NCBI GenBank assembly: GCA_038153405.1
Contig: JAYOYH010000012.1
Span: 45,496-109,495 of the forward strand
Direction: 5' to 3'
Source of the DNA: Gemmatimonadota bacterium
GTDB taxonomy: Bacteria; Latescibacterota; UBA2968; UBA8231
DNA length: 64,000 bases
Below are positions 39,319 through 48,938 of the stretch, piece by piece (within the stretch, counting starts at the first letter, position 1; each line of letters begins with the position of its first letter). The position numbers and the translations under genes were made by a program. Under the pieces are notes generated by a model. That model was not told where the DNA came from and did no database searches. It saw only the letters and a list, made by a program, of their open reading frames with translations.

Positions 39319-40699
39319 GATCCTCCTGCCATTTTTGCTCTACGTCGCGCAGGCGCTGCTGCTCGCGTTCGTCGCCGCGCGCCAGTTCTATGTAGCGCTG
39401 CCACTCGGCGCGTGCGCGCTCCGGATAGGCGCGCTCGTAGGTGGCGGCCAAGTGGTAGCGCCACAGCGCGCGCTCCGGCTCTAGCTGCACCGATGCCTCG
39501 CCGGCGTCTAACGCCGCGCCCAGCACGCCTAATTGCCGATATACATCACCCAGCGATGCGTGCAGTTCCGCGTTGTTGGGATACTGTGCTACGCCATCGG
39601 AAAAAACCTTTACCGCCGCGCGCAGACGCCCCCGGTGAACGTGGAGTCCCCCCAGTTTAAGAGCGGCATCCCCGCCGTCTTCGCCAATGGCCAGAGCCTG
39701 CTTAAACGCATCCTCTGCCCCCTGCCAATCGCCGCGCTGGCTGTGCACGATGCCCATGCTAACCCATGCGCTTGCATCCTGCGGGCTCTGGGTGGCCAAC
39801 TCGGCGTAAACCGCCAGCGCCTCATCGAGGCGCCCTGCGGCGCTATAAAGCAGCGCGGTATAGCGCTGGGCCAGCGGCAGGTCGGGGGCCAGTGCCCGGG
39901 CGCGCTCCATGTGTTCCAAGGCGCGCTGCGCGTCGCCATCCTCCCATAGAAAACGCCCCATTTCCTGGTGCAAAAGCGGCGAATCCGTCCGCCGCGCCAA
40001 GCCCTCGGCCAGCACGCCGCGACCTATTTGCGGCTGGCTCATTTCGCGGTGAAGCGACGCTAGCTCTATGCGTGCCACGACATCATCGGCATCGACTTCC
40101 AACGCCTTGGCATAGAGCACCAACGCCTCGTCGCGCTGCCCCAAGCGCGCTTCTACGCGTGCCAAATGTGTATGCACGTCGCGCATTTGTGCGTCGATTT
40201 GCAGCGCGGCGCGATAGGCCGCACGGGCCGACTGCAGGTGTTCATCCACGTGGCCCAGAGCCGCATAGGCATGTCCCAGACGAGCGTAGAGCCGCGCCGA
40301 ACGCTCGCCGCGGCGCAGCGCGTCCTGATAGGCCCGCTGTGCGCCGCTGTAGCGGCCCTGCGCCGCCAGCGCAAAGCCCAAGCCTGCGTAGGCCGCGCCC
40401 ATATCAGGATGTCGTTCGACGAGCTGGCGATAGAGCACCGTAGCCTCTTCGTATGCGCCCTGTGCCTCGTACAGGGCCGCCAAATTCAGCGCCGCATCGA
40501 CCATGGTCGAATCGAGCGCCAGCGCCTGTTGCTCGGCGTATTGCGCCGTTGCTAGCACCTGTGGATCAAGCGTGCGCAACGCGCGCCCCCCCACGGTTTC
40601 CACCGCTTCGGCGTGCCAGGCCTGGGCATCTTTTTGCCCGCATCCATTGCAGAGGGCACAGCTCAACAGTGCGCAGAGCGCAGACGCCAGGTATTTCAT
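39311..40699 (-). CDS. TPR-repeat lipoprotein
   Basis: Cys-containing signal peptide (..LCNGC), about 10 TPR-like units (A...LG......G....A...Y..AL). Confidence 0.85.
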   Translation of the reverse strand: MKYLASALCALLSCALCNGCGQKDAQAWHAEAVETVGGRALRTLDPQVLATAQYAEQQALALDSTMVDAALNLAALYEAQGAYEEATVLYRQLVERHPDMGAAYAGLGFALAAQGRYSGAQRAYQDALRRGERSARLYARLGHAYAALGHVDEHLQSARAAYRAALQIDAQMRDVHTHLARVEARLGQRDEALVLYAKALEVDADDVVARIELASLHREMSQPQIGRGVLAEGLARRTDSPLLHQEMGRFLWEDGDAQRALEHMERARALAPDLPLAQRYTALLYSAAGRLDEALAVYAELATQSPQDASAWVSMGIVHSQRGDWQGAEDAFKQALAIGEDGGDAALKLGGLHVHRGRLRAAVKVFSDGVAQYPNNAELHASLGDVYRQLGVLGAALDAGEASVQLEPERALWRYHLAATYERAYPERARAEWQRYIELARGDEREQQRLRDVEQKWQEDHD

Positions 40700-42825
40700 T
40701 GCACCGCCTCCAAGCGCGCCAGTCCCTCTACGACGCGCCAGCGACGGTCGACCGCCACATCGGCAAATACGTCCGTTATGCCGCTCGGCCAGCGCACGGC
40801 CACCTGCTCCGCGCGCGCGCAGTCGCCCAAGCCAAATTCGGCCTCCAGGCTATTGCTGTTGCCGAAGCTATAACCAGAGGCCACTTCGCGGATTTGCCTG
40901 CGCTCTCCGCACTGTACTTCAATGCGCGCACCTAGCCCATCGCGATTGCTCTGCCGACCTCGCAGCTGCACGACGAGCCAGTGGTTGCCAAAGCCGTCGT
41001 TGCGATAAAGGGCATTGTGCCAATGGTCGCCGGGCTGCGCACCGCCGGAGGGCACGTAGAGGTCGACGTCGCCGTCGCCGTCGTAGTCGGCAAACGTCAC
41101 GCCGTGCGACTTGCCGACGTGGCCGAGCCCAAGCGCTTCGGTAGCGTCGACAAACGTGCCGTCACCGAGGTTGCGATAGAGCACGTCGGGATCGCGGCGA
41201 CTCATCTGTGGACCGCCGTTGCCCAAGTACAGATCGACCCATCCGTCGTTGTCCACATCGGCCGACACGCCGCTCATTGTCCCTTCGGCACGCGCCATGC
41301 CGGCCGCCTCTGTTACGTCGGCAAACGCACCGTTGCCGAGGTTGCGGTAGAGGACCGGTCGGTCGCGCGCGCTCGTGCTGCGACCGGCCGCGCGATCGGC
41401 CAGCACCCGATCAAACAGGCTCCAATTGCCGACAAAGAGGTCGAGCTGACCGTCGTTGTCGTAGTCGAGTGTAAACGTTATAAAGCCGTCAATATGTGCG
41501 GCAGCCGTGCCCGAAGATTCCGTAATATCGGCAAAGGCCCCGTCGCCCTCGTTGCGATACAGCGCATTGGGCTCGGTGAAATTGCATACGTAGAGATCGG
41601 CATCGCCGTCGCCGTCGAAATCGCCCCACGCCGCGCTCAGGCTCTGACCGCGGTGGTCCACACCCGCCGCACCGGCCACGTCGACAAAGGTGCCGTCACC
41701 GCGGTTGCGATAGAGCACATTGGTCGAATCGCCGGTGGCTCCCGTGCCGTTGGCCACGTAGATATCGACCCAACCATCGCCGTCGTAGTCGGCAAAGGCC
41801 GCGCAAAAGCCGGAGCCCGTATCGCCGACGCCGGCGCGCTCCGTCACATCGACAAAATGCCCATCGCCGTTGTTGGCAAACAGCACATTGGCACCACCGC
41901 CAAACCAGCCATCGCGCGTTATATAAAGATCGGCATCGCCGTCGTTGTCGTAGTCGGCTACCTGCGTGCCAATGCCACCCGCTGGCAGTTCTAAGCCCGC
42001 TTCGCGCGTGTTCTCGGCAAAGCGCGCTCCATCGTTGCGGTAGTAGGCCAAGTCGGGATGGCCCAGCGCAACTAAGTCTAGATCGCCGTCGCCATCGAAA
42101 TCGGCCCAGGCGCTCGAGCGCCCACCGTCGAGCTTGTCGACGCCCACTTCGACGCCCACTTCGCGGAATCGGCCCGCCAGCGCGTGGGCCGGAGAGTCGG
42201 CCTGTGGAAAGCGATAGGTCTCAGGGATATCGGCACTGCCAGCGCCCAGCGCCCGATGCACTTCGCGCAGGCTCCACCTGAGCGCTAGTGCATCGGGATG
42301 CCGCTCGATGGCCCGGCGCAGCAGCGAATCGGCGCGCGCGTATTCCCCCTGCCAAATAGCGGTTACCGATGCCTGGTAGAGCGGCTCGTAGCCGGTTGGG
42401 TCGACCGCCAACGCACGCGCAAAATATGCCTTCGCCTGCGCGTAACGTCCCTCCTCGAGCGCCTCGCGACCGCGGCCCAAAAACGTCTCGAGAATCAGCG
42501 CGCGCGCGGCCGTTAGCTGCGCGTTCAGCGCCAGTGCACGCTGCAGCTGTTCTACCCCATCGTCGATGCGCCCCTGTAACAGGCGCAGGCGCCCCAGCTG
42601 CCAGTGCCCTTCATAGGCATCTGGCGACAGCGCCACGCAGCGGCTGAAGGCGCGTTCAGCCTCCAGTAGACGATGGCGTTCAAGCAGATCCAGGCCCGTT
42701 CGATAGGCGTCCAAGAAATCCGCCGAGCGCGCGGGCACACGCGGATCGTTGCCAGCGCACGAGGCGATGCACAGCACCGCACAAAGACCGTTTAACAGAC
42801 GAGATATAGCAGGATTTCTTAGCAC
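40696..42825 (-). CDS. TPR + CRTAC1/ASPIC-UnbV fusion lipoprotein
   Basis: Lipobox IASC, N-terminal TPRs, DxDxDG repeats, C-terminal SNRDGLGARI...FGLG..WPSG. Confidence 0.88.
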   Translation of the reverse strand: MLRNPAISRLLNGLCAVLCIASCAGNDPRVPARSADFLDAYRTGLDLLERHRLLEAERAFSRCVALSPDAYEGHWQLGRLRLLQGRIDDGVEQLQRALALNAQLTAARALILETFLGRGREALEEGRYAQAKAYFARALAVDPTGYEPLYQASVTAIWQGEYARADSLLRRAIERHPDALALRWSLREVHRALGAGSADIPETYRFPQADSPAHALAGRFREVGVEVGVDKLDGGRSSAWADFDGDGDLDLVALGHPDLAYYRNDGARFAENTREAGLELPAGGIGTQVADYDNDGDADLYITRDGWFGGGANVLFANNGDGHFVDVTERAGVGDTGSGFCAAFADYDGDGWVDIYVANGTGATGDSTNVLYRNRGDGTFVDVAGAAGVDHRGQSLSAAWGDFDGDGDADLYVCNFTEPNALYRNEGDGAFADITESSGTAAAHIDGFITFTLDYDNDGQLDLFVGNWSLFDRVLADRAAGRSTSARDRPVLYRNLGNGAFADVTEAAGMARAEGTMSGVSADVDNDGWVDLYLGNGGPQMSRRDPDVLYRNLGDGTFVDATEALGLGHVGKSHGVTFADYDGDGDVDLYVPSGGAQPGDHWHNALYRNDGFGNHWLVVQLRGRQSNRDGLGARIEVQCGERRQIREVASGYSFGNSNSLEAEFGLGDCARAEQVAVRWPSGITDVFADVAVDRRWRVVEGLARLEAVQ

Positions 42826-42893
42826 GTCGAGAAGTGAGCTGACCTGAAGTTTTGCGCAATATCGCGCAGCGCTGGAACAACATCAACTTCTCT

Positions 42894-42922
42894 TTGCCAT
42901 TTGTCAACGTTTCTAGTAAATT
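42894..42922 (+). promoter_or_regulatory. Possible sigma70 promoter for the 42963 gene
   Basis: TTGCCA, 17 nt spacer, TAAATT. Confidence 0.4.
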
Positions 42923-42962
42923 GCAGCCCGTCTCCAATCGCTCACCTGCAAAGGAGTTTCCA

Positions 42963-44081
42963 ATGCGCATCGCCCTCATGGTTGCCGCTATGCTCTGCAC
43001 TACAGCCCTATCCGCTTCAGAAAACCGCCCCACGCTCAGCATGGGAGGCAAAGCCGCCCAGCTCGTCATCGACTTGGGCGGCGGTTCTATCGCCGACTTC
43101 CACCTCGGCCAAGATGGACTCAACCCGCTGCAGTGGGACTCGTGGGACTTCAGTGACGATCCCTCTGCCGAGCCACCGCTCGAACCCCGCTCCATGGGAC
43201 ACTTTCTCTGCCTCGATCGCTGGGGACCGGCCACGGAAACCGAAACCGAGATGGGCATGGGGTGGCACGGCGAAGCGTCGCGCAGTTGGTGGAGCGTGCG
43301 CCAAGCGCCGACGCACGGTGAGGGCAGCACCCAGGCGCAAATGGCCGCAGTGCTGCCGCTGGCCGGACTCGAAGTGCTGCGCACCGTTCGCCTACACGAC
43401 GATCAGGCCATTTTCACTGTCAGCGAGGCGGTGACCAATACGCGCCACATTGGGCGCATCTACAACATCGTCCAGCATCCGACCATCGGCCCGCCCTTTC
43501 TCGACGAGAGCACCGTCGTGGATGCCAACGGCACGCGCGGCTTTATGCAGGAGACGCCGGCGCCCAACTTTGAAACGCCAGAAGTGCGCTGGCCCAACGC
43601 CTTGCAAAAGGACGGCACCGAAGTCAACCTGCGCCATCTTACGGACGACGCGGCGCCCGGTGTGGTATCCTATATCATCGAAGAAGAATACGGCTGGGTG
43701 ACGGCGATCAATGCCTCCAAAGAATTGCTTATCGGCTATATTTGGCCCAGCGCCGACTATCCGTGGTTTGACGCCTGGCGCCACGTGGCCGACGGCAAAC
43801 CCTTTGCACGCGGACTCGAATTCGGTACGACGGGCCTGCACCAGCCCGGTCCCGTGCTGGTAGAAAAGGGCAAGATCTTTGACCGCCACCTGTTCCGCTT
43901 TATCGATGCCGGCGAAACACAGACATTCTCCTACGCTAACTTCCTCATGGAAATTCCGCAGGATTTTAACGGCGTAGAAAGCGTGGCCTACAACGGCAGC
44001 GAAATTGTCGTGAGCGAGCGCGGCGGCAAGGGACGCGCGCTGAAAATGCAGGTGGGAACGCTCTTCGCAGCGGCCGAGTAG
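42963..44081 (+). CDS. Secreted protein, galactose-mutarotase/aldose-epimerase-like beta-sandwich (tentative)
   Basis: AAGGAG RBS, signal peptide, GHFLC, HGE, QHP, GLEFGT pattern; start moved from 42852. Confidence 0.6.
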   Translation: MRIALMVAAMLCTTALSASENRPTLSMGGKAAQLVIDLGGGSIADFHLGQDGLNPLQWDSWDFSDDPSAEPPLEPRSMGHFLCLDRWGPATETETEMGMGWHGEASRSWWSVRQAPTHGEGSTQAQMAAVLPLAGLEVLRTVRLHDDQAIFTVSEAVTNTRHIGRIYNIVQHPTIGPPFLDESTVVDANGTRGFMQETPAPNFETPEVRWPNALQKDGTEVNLRHLTDDAAPGVVSYIIEEEYGWVTAINASKELLIGYIWPSADYPWFDAWRHVADGKPFARGLEFGTTGLHQPGPVLVEKGKIFDRHLFRFIDAGETQTFSYANFLMEIPQDFNGVESVAYNGSEIVVSERGGKGRALKMQVGTLFAAAE

Positions 44082-44147
44082 CATCGCTTTGCCAGCGATG
44101 CCGCATAGCGCAAGACGCGGGCGCCGCATCCCAACGCGGCGCCCGCG
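44081..44147. terminator. Tandem hairpins after the 42963 gene
   Basis: gcatcgct-ttgcc-agcgatgc (44081-44101) and cgcgggcgccgc...gcggcgcccgcg (about 44116-44147). Confidence 0.45.
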
Positions 44148-44349
44148 ACGGCGCATTCATCTGCCGGCTACGGCACGCGCACTAGGCGGTCAGTCTGCCT
44201 TTGTCGTGGCGCGCAACGAGGCGCGGGGGTCGTGCATCGTGGAACGGCGGTGATTTTCGCGGCATCAACTGGATGCAGCGCCGTCCGCACGTCTACGAGG
44301 CCTATCTTAGACGCGGCCAATCGCGCTTCGCTGTGATAGGAAAGCGAGC

Positions 44350-44826
44350 CTAATACACCCCATCTTCAAAGCGTAGCTTGCCCTGCGAAGCACGGGTAAA
44401 ATACGCCTCTACCGTCTGGCGCGTGCGCGGAAACAGCCGGCGCAGCTCGTCGACGACGGCCTGTACGTTGGCCTCATCCTCTCCCATATCGAGCAATAGG
44501 CGCGCATAGAGAAAGAGCAGCTGCTGGTTGTGGCGATCGGCTTCCAGCGCCTTTTCAAGATGGGCGCGCGCCGCTTTGAGCTGGCCCTTTTCAGCCAGTG
44601 CCGTGCCCATCAGCAAGTTGGGCTGCGCGCCCTCCGGATAGAGCGTCAGCAGAACGCGCGCCACCTCTTCGAGCGACTCGCCCTTGAGAGTCGGATGGCC
44701 GCGCGCGTGCGTGCGATCGGCAAGGTGTTCGTACTCGGCTGCGCGCTGGCGCTCTACATAAGCCAAGACCGCGCCTATAGCCATGATGATGAACAGGAGT
44801 TTAAAGGGGCGTAAATAGCGCATCAT
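44350..44826 (-). CDS. Small membrane-anchored TPR protein
   Basis: N-terminal TM helix, one or two TPR-like units (LMGTALAEKGQLKAARAHLEKAL). Confidence 0.7.
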   Translation of the reverse strand: MMRYLRPFKLLFIIMAIGAVLAYVERQRAAEYEHLADRTHARGHPTLKGESLEEVARVLLTLYPEGAQPNLLMGTALAEKGQLKAARAHLEKALEADRHNQQLLFLYARLLLDMGEDEANVQAVVDELRRLFPRTRQTVEAYFTRASQGKLRFEDGVY

Positions 44827-44850
44827 TCACCATGCGTGCACACCGACGAA

Positions 44851-45903
44851 TCACAGACCTTCCTGCACGTCCTTTTTGCGCACTTTCCAGATAAAGGCGT
44901 CGTAGTAGTAGTGAATGAGGGCAAACGAACTGAGCAGCGAATAGCTGAACAGGTCGAAGTTGGTGTTAAATCCGACGATGCCGAAGCCGAAATCGCGCAC
45001 GTGCCCCTCGCTCAAGGCGTGGAACACCAGCGCATAGGCGGCGCACATCAGCAGAAAGGCCTTTACGTTGCCCGGCTTGGCCAAATAGTTGATGATCGTC
45101 GAATCGGCCACGCCGCGCTCGACCTTGTGCCGGTTGTAGTAGTAGACCATGACGATATACTGGACGCCGTGCATAATGCGATGGGCCACGGCGTAGACGA
45201 GCAGGTACTCCGTCGTAAAGCTGGTGAAATACCAGAGAAAGTAGCTGACGCCGAGAAAGGCGTATTTGAGCGGATTGAGCGCGTAGCCTTGGCGCAGGGT
45301 CCAGGCGATATGACCCAGCCAAACAAGGCCGTAAACGATGGTAATGGCCCAGGATATTTGGTGCACGGTCTGCACGCCGGCCGCGCCTATCGGCACGTGC
45401 CATTCGTGCAGCATGCGCACCCACAGGGTCGAAAACAGCGGCGACACCACCAGCATATTGACGAAAAATATCCAAGAAAAGCCCAAGTCGAACTTTGCCG
45501 TGGATGGCGCACCGGTTTTGGCCTTGAAGTCATAGACTCGCGCAAAGCCATACTGCTGCATGAGACTGTGTTGATGGTCCCACAGCGTAACGATGAGGAC
45601 CAGGCTGAGCGGCGCGTAGTGCAGCAGCACATAGCAGAAGCCGATCAACAGCACCGGCCCCCAGATAAAGCGCTCCTTAAAACGGGTAAACTCGCTAGGC
45701 GAACCGTAGACGCGCAGCCAAGTCACAAAGTGATGCGGCACCGTGACCCACAGCGCAATGGCCGCCAGCGCCGCGCCGGGCAGGTACTGTCCAGAAATAA
45801 AGGCAAACGCCAGCGCCGCCAGCGGCAGCCCGAGAAACCACACGCAGTCCTGGCGGCGATCGACGATATAACCAGAGCGAAATAAATTCACGGGCTGTGA
45901 CAT
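44851..45903 (-). CDS. Uncharacterised polytopic membrane protein with His clusters
   Basis: About 9 hydrophobic segments; PHHF.T..RVY, WDHQH..MQQYG, HRIMHGVQY, HYYYD..IWK. Confidence 0.75.
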   Translation of the reverse strand: MSQPVNLFRSGYIVDRRQDCVWFLGLPLAALAFAFISGQYLPGAALAAIALWVTVPHHFVTWLRVYGSPSEFTRFKERFIWGPVLLIGFCYVLLHYAPLSLVLIVTLWDHQHSLMQQYGFARVYDFKAKTGAPSTAKFDLGFSWIFFVNMLVVSPLFSTLWVRMLHEWHVPIGAAGVQTVHQISWAITIVYGLVWLGHIAWTLRQGYALNPLKYAFLGVSYFLWYFTSFTTEYLLVYAVAHRIMHGVQYIVMVYYYNRHKVERGVADSTIINYLAKPGNVKAFLLMCAAYALVFHALSEGHVRDFGFGIVGFNTNFDLFSYSLLSSFALIHYYYDAFIWKVRKKDVQEGL

Positions 45904-45937
45904 AAACTCATATCTCCAAGAAGGGCGTAGCCACTGC

Positions 45938-47566
45938 TCAAGAGGGCTGCTGCGATAGCCGCTGCAGTTGCTCTTGGTTTACTGAGATTTCCACGGCGCG
46001 CCGCTTGCGCAGCTCCTCGGCAAACTCCTTGAGGATCTTCTGCGACTGGTCTTCTCGCCAATCGGCCTCGACCTGCTCGCGCACTTCTTCCAGGGGTGGA
46101 TAGTGCGCTGCGCGCCGCGCCGTAATCCGCACCACGATGTAGCCATTATCGGTGGCAAAGGGTCCGTGCACCGTGCCCTCGTCTGCGCGCAGCGCGCGGC
46201 TAACGGGGTTGTCGCCCTGCCAGGCGCCGCTTCCGTAGATCAGGTGCACAAAGCGATCATCGGCGATCGACTCGCCGGCGCGCAGGCGCTCGACGATGCG
46301 TCGTCCCTCTTCTACATCATCGGTTAGCAATCGATCTACTTCGACCTTTTCCGGCACTTCATAGCGCACCTTTTGCTCCTCAAAAAACAGGCGTAGCGCA
46401 TTGACATTGGGCTCGGGTGCCTGCGCGAGCAGCTGCTCCTTAAGGCGGCGCACTACGTATTGACGACGCGCCGTTTCAGCCCCGGCGGCGACTTCTGGAT
46501 CGTTAACCAGATCCAGCCGTACTACTTCGAGCGAAGCCAGCACCTGCCGGGCAAATTCGCGCCGCAGCGCCAGCGCAAATGCCGCGGTATCGATCGCCGC
46601 GATACCGCGCATCATTTCCACGGCGCGCTCCAATGACAGCGAGCCGCCCTCGTAGGATACGACCTCCACTGCAGGATTGGCTGGTGCTGTATTGTCGCCC
46701 AGCGCTTTCAGCAGAGCCGCGACACCGCCTTCGCTATAGCGCACGCTGTAGCGCGCGTGCAGCGAATCGTAATAGGCCAATAGCTGGTGACCTACACCTT
46801 CGCGCGTCACCAGTTTTTCCACCGTTTCACGCTCTTGCTCAAAGCTAACTGGGTGCACGTCCGTGAGCTTGATAATGAAGTATCCATCGGCTACCTTGAG
46901 CGGTCCGGCCAGCTGACCCACCTGCATATCAAATGCCTTTTCGGTGAGCGCTGCATAGGCCGGCATGGTCTCTCCCCAGCGATGGTAGCCCATATCGGCA
47001 TTGCGCTCGAGAATGCGCGGGTCCTGCGAGTGGCGCTGCGAAAGCTCTTCGAAATCGGCGCCCTGACGCAGCTGAGATAGCAGCGGCGCGACGGCCGTAG
47101 AATCGCGCACCATCAGCAGGCTAAAGCGCACCTTGCGACTGTAGGGACTGCGGGCAAAATAGGCGCGCAGCGAATCTTCGGAGGGCGTGCGCGGACCGAC
47201 GCCAACGCGCGCATAGAGCAGTCGCTGCAGCAGGCCAATGCGCTCGCGCTCGACGGCAGTCTGAACCTGTGGACTCCGATGCAGACCACGCGCCTCGGCT
47301 TCCTGTACCAGCAGCTCTTCTTCGATGAGGGCATCGACGTAGCGACTCGGCTCCATCTCATCGCGCATGGGCTCGGGTATGCGCTGCAAATAGCGCTGAT
47401 AGCGCGCCGTCCCTATTTCGACGGAGCCGACTTTGGCGAGCGCCGTGCTTTTCGCTTCGGTGACGAGCTCTTTCTCGTCCGCTATGTCCGGCCCGCCGCA
47501 GGCGGCCAGCACCGATGCGGCCGTCGCCCATAGCGCACTTCTAATGATCGTGCTGCGCGTGATCAA
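45938..47566 (-). CDS. PpiC/parvulin-type peptidyl-prolyl isomerase lipoprotein (SurA/PrsA/PpiD-like)
   Basis: Lipobox LAAC, SurA-N-like region, GADFEELSQRHSQD..ADMGY, GPL...GYFIIK, second degenerate PpiC domain. Confidence 0.85.
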   Translation of the reverse strand: MITRSTIIRSALWATAASVLAACGGPDIADEKELVTEAKSTALAKVGSVEIGTARYQRYLQRIPEPMRDEMEPSRYVDALIEEELLVQEAEARGLHRSPQVQTAVERERIGLLQRLLYARVGVGPRTPSEDSLRAYFARSPYSRKVRFSLLMVRDSTAVAPLLSQLRQGADFEELSQRHSQDPRILERNADMGYHRWGETMPAYAALTEKAFDMQVGQLAGPLKVADGYFIIKLTDVHPVSFEQERETVEKLVTREGVGHQLLAYYDSLHARYSVRYSEGGVAALLKALGDNTAPANPAVEVVSYEGGSLSLERAVEMMRGIAAIDTAAFALALRREFARQVLASLEVVRLDLVNDPEVAAGAETARRQYVVRRLKEQLLAQAPEPNVNALRLFFEEQKVRYEVPEKVEVDRLLTDDVEEGRRIVERLRAGESIADDRFVHLIYGSGAWQGDNPVSRALRADEGTVHGPFATDNGYIVVRITARRAAHYPPLEEVREQVEADWREDQSQKILKEFAEELRKRRAVEISVNQEQLQRLSQQPS

Positions 47567-48938
47567 CCAGCCCCTCCTGCTTTTCCTTTAGTATCTGTAA
47601 TTGGCGCTTGCTGTCCTCCACACGCCCTGTCTTCAGGTAGGAAACGGCCAATTTCTGGCGCGCATCCAAAAAATCGCCATCGCCCTCTACTGCGCGCTCC
47701 AACACCTCGGCCGCCTGCGCAAAATCGCCGTCGCGCGCATGGAGCAAACCCATGTAGTAGTTGGCGTAGACATCGTCGGGTTTGCGCTTGAGCGCTTCGA
47801 CAAAGTGCGTGCGCGCTTCGGCAAATCGCTGCGCGCGCAGGTGCGCCTGCCCCATGTTGTAATAGGCCTCAGCGTATTCGGGATCTATGGCCAGCGCCCT
47901 CTCATAGGCTGCAATCGCCTCGGCATACTGGCCCAGGCGCAGCTGCATATTGCCCAAGTTATTCTGGTAACTCAGGCTGTCGGGCGCGAGGCGCGTGGCA
48001 AGCGTGTAGGCCTCGGCTGCTTCGGCATAGCGCCCTTGGCGCGCGTAGAGCAGGCCGAGCATAGCGCGCGCTTCGTGGTCATCGGGGTCGTTGCCCAGCA
48101 TGCGCAACTGGTCTTCAATCTTGTCCAGCTGCGCATCGAGAGCGCTAAACTGGTCGAGCACCTGGCGACTCTCCTCGCCGCGGCCGAGGCGGCGCAGCGC
48201 ATTGGCCAGCACGAAGTACGCCTCTTTTTCTAGCGGCGCCAGCGCAATGCTGCGCCGGCTGGCGCGCTCGGCCGCTTCGTAGTCGCGCAGCTTGACGTCG
48301 ACCTGCGCCAGATCGACGTAGGTGGCCGCATCGGTGCTGTCCAATGCAATGGACTGCTCGAGCGACGCGCGCGCCTCGGCAAACTGCAGCTCTTTGGCAT
48401 GCATGCGACCGAGCAGGCGATAAAAAGAGGCGTTGCCGGGATCGCGTCGCTGTCCTTCGGCCACCAGTTCGCGCACGCGCTCGTATTCTCCGCGCAGAAA
48501 GTGGATATAGCCCAGATCGTAGTAGGTCGTTATATGACCTGGATCGAGGCGCAAAACCGTCTCGTGCTCTACAATGGCCTGCGCATAGTTGAGCTGGCGC
48601 ACGTACATCGCCGCCAGATTGTGCCGCGCCGACACGTGCGCAGAGTCGAGCCCCAGCACGCGCACATAGGACTCTATCGCCTCCGGGTAGTTGAGCTGGC
48701 GAGCATAGGCATTGGCCAAGTTGTAGTGCACCTTAACGTAATTGGGCGCCAGCTGCCGAGCCTCTTTGTAGGCATCGATCGCCTCGGTGTGCCGACCCTG
48801 TGCGGCCAGTGCCACGCCGCGATCAAAGTGCAGCTCAGCGTCGATGATCGATCCCGGAACGGCCGTCTCAACGGTCGTTTGCGGCGACGGCTGATCGGCA
48901 CAGGCCAGCAGTAGAGCGCAGAGGAAGAGCGCTTTCAC
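47541..48938 (-). CDS. TPR-repeat lipoprotein
   Basis: Lipobox LLAC; many canonical TPRs (YNLANAY, NNLGNM, AYYNMG). Confidence 0.9.
   Translation of the reverse strand: MKALFLCALLLACADQPSPQTTVETAVPGSIIDAELHFDRGVALAAQGRHTEAIDAYKEARQLAPNYVKVHYNLANAYARQLNYPEAIESYVRVLGLDSAHVSARHNLAAMYVRQLNYAQAIVEHETVLRLDPGHITTYYDLGYIHFLRGEYERVRELVAEGQRRDPGNASFYRLLGRMHAKELQFAEARASLEQSIALDSTDAATYVDLAQVDVKLRDYEAAERASRRSIALAPLEKEAYFVLANALRRLGRGEESRQVLDQFSALDAQLDKIEDQLRMLGNDPDDHEARAMLGLLYARQGRYAEAAEAYTLATRLAPDSLSYQNNLGNMQLRLGQYAEAIAAYERALAIDPEYAEAYYNMGQAHLRAQRFAEARTHFVEALKRKPDDVYANYYMGLLHARDGDFAQAAEVLERAVEGDGDFLDARQKLAVSYLKTGRVEDSKRQLQILKEKQEGLVDHAQHDH

Noticed and set aside
40981..41994. 337-aa plus-strand ORF with repetitive VAVAVVVG
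   Set aside because: Antisense translation of Asp/Gly-rich FG-GAP repeats
44836..45885. 349-aa plus-strand ORF
   Set aside because: Antisense shadow of the membrane protein gene; such open antisense frames are common in high-GC DNA
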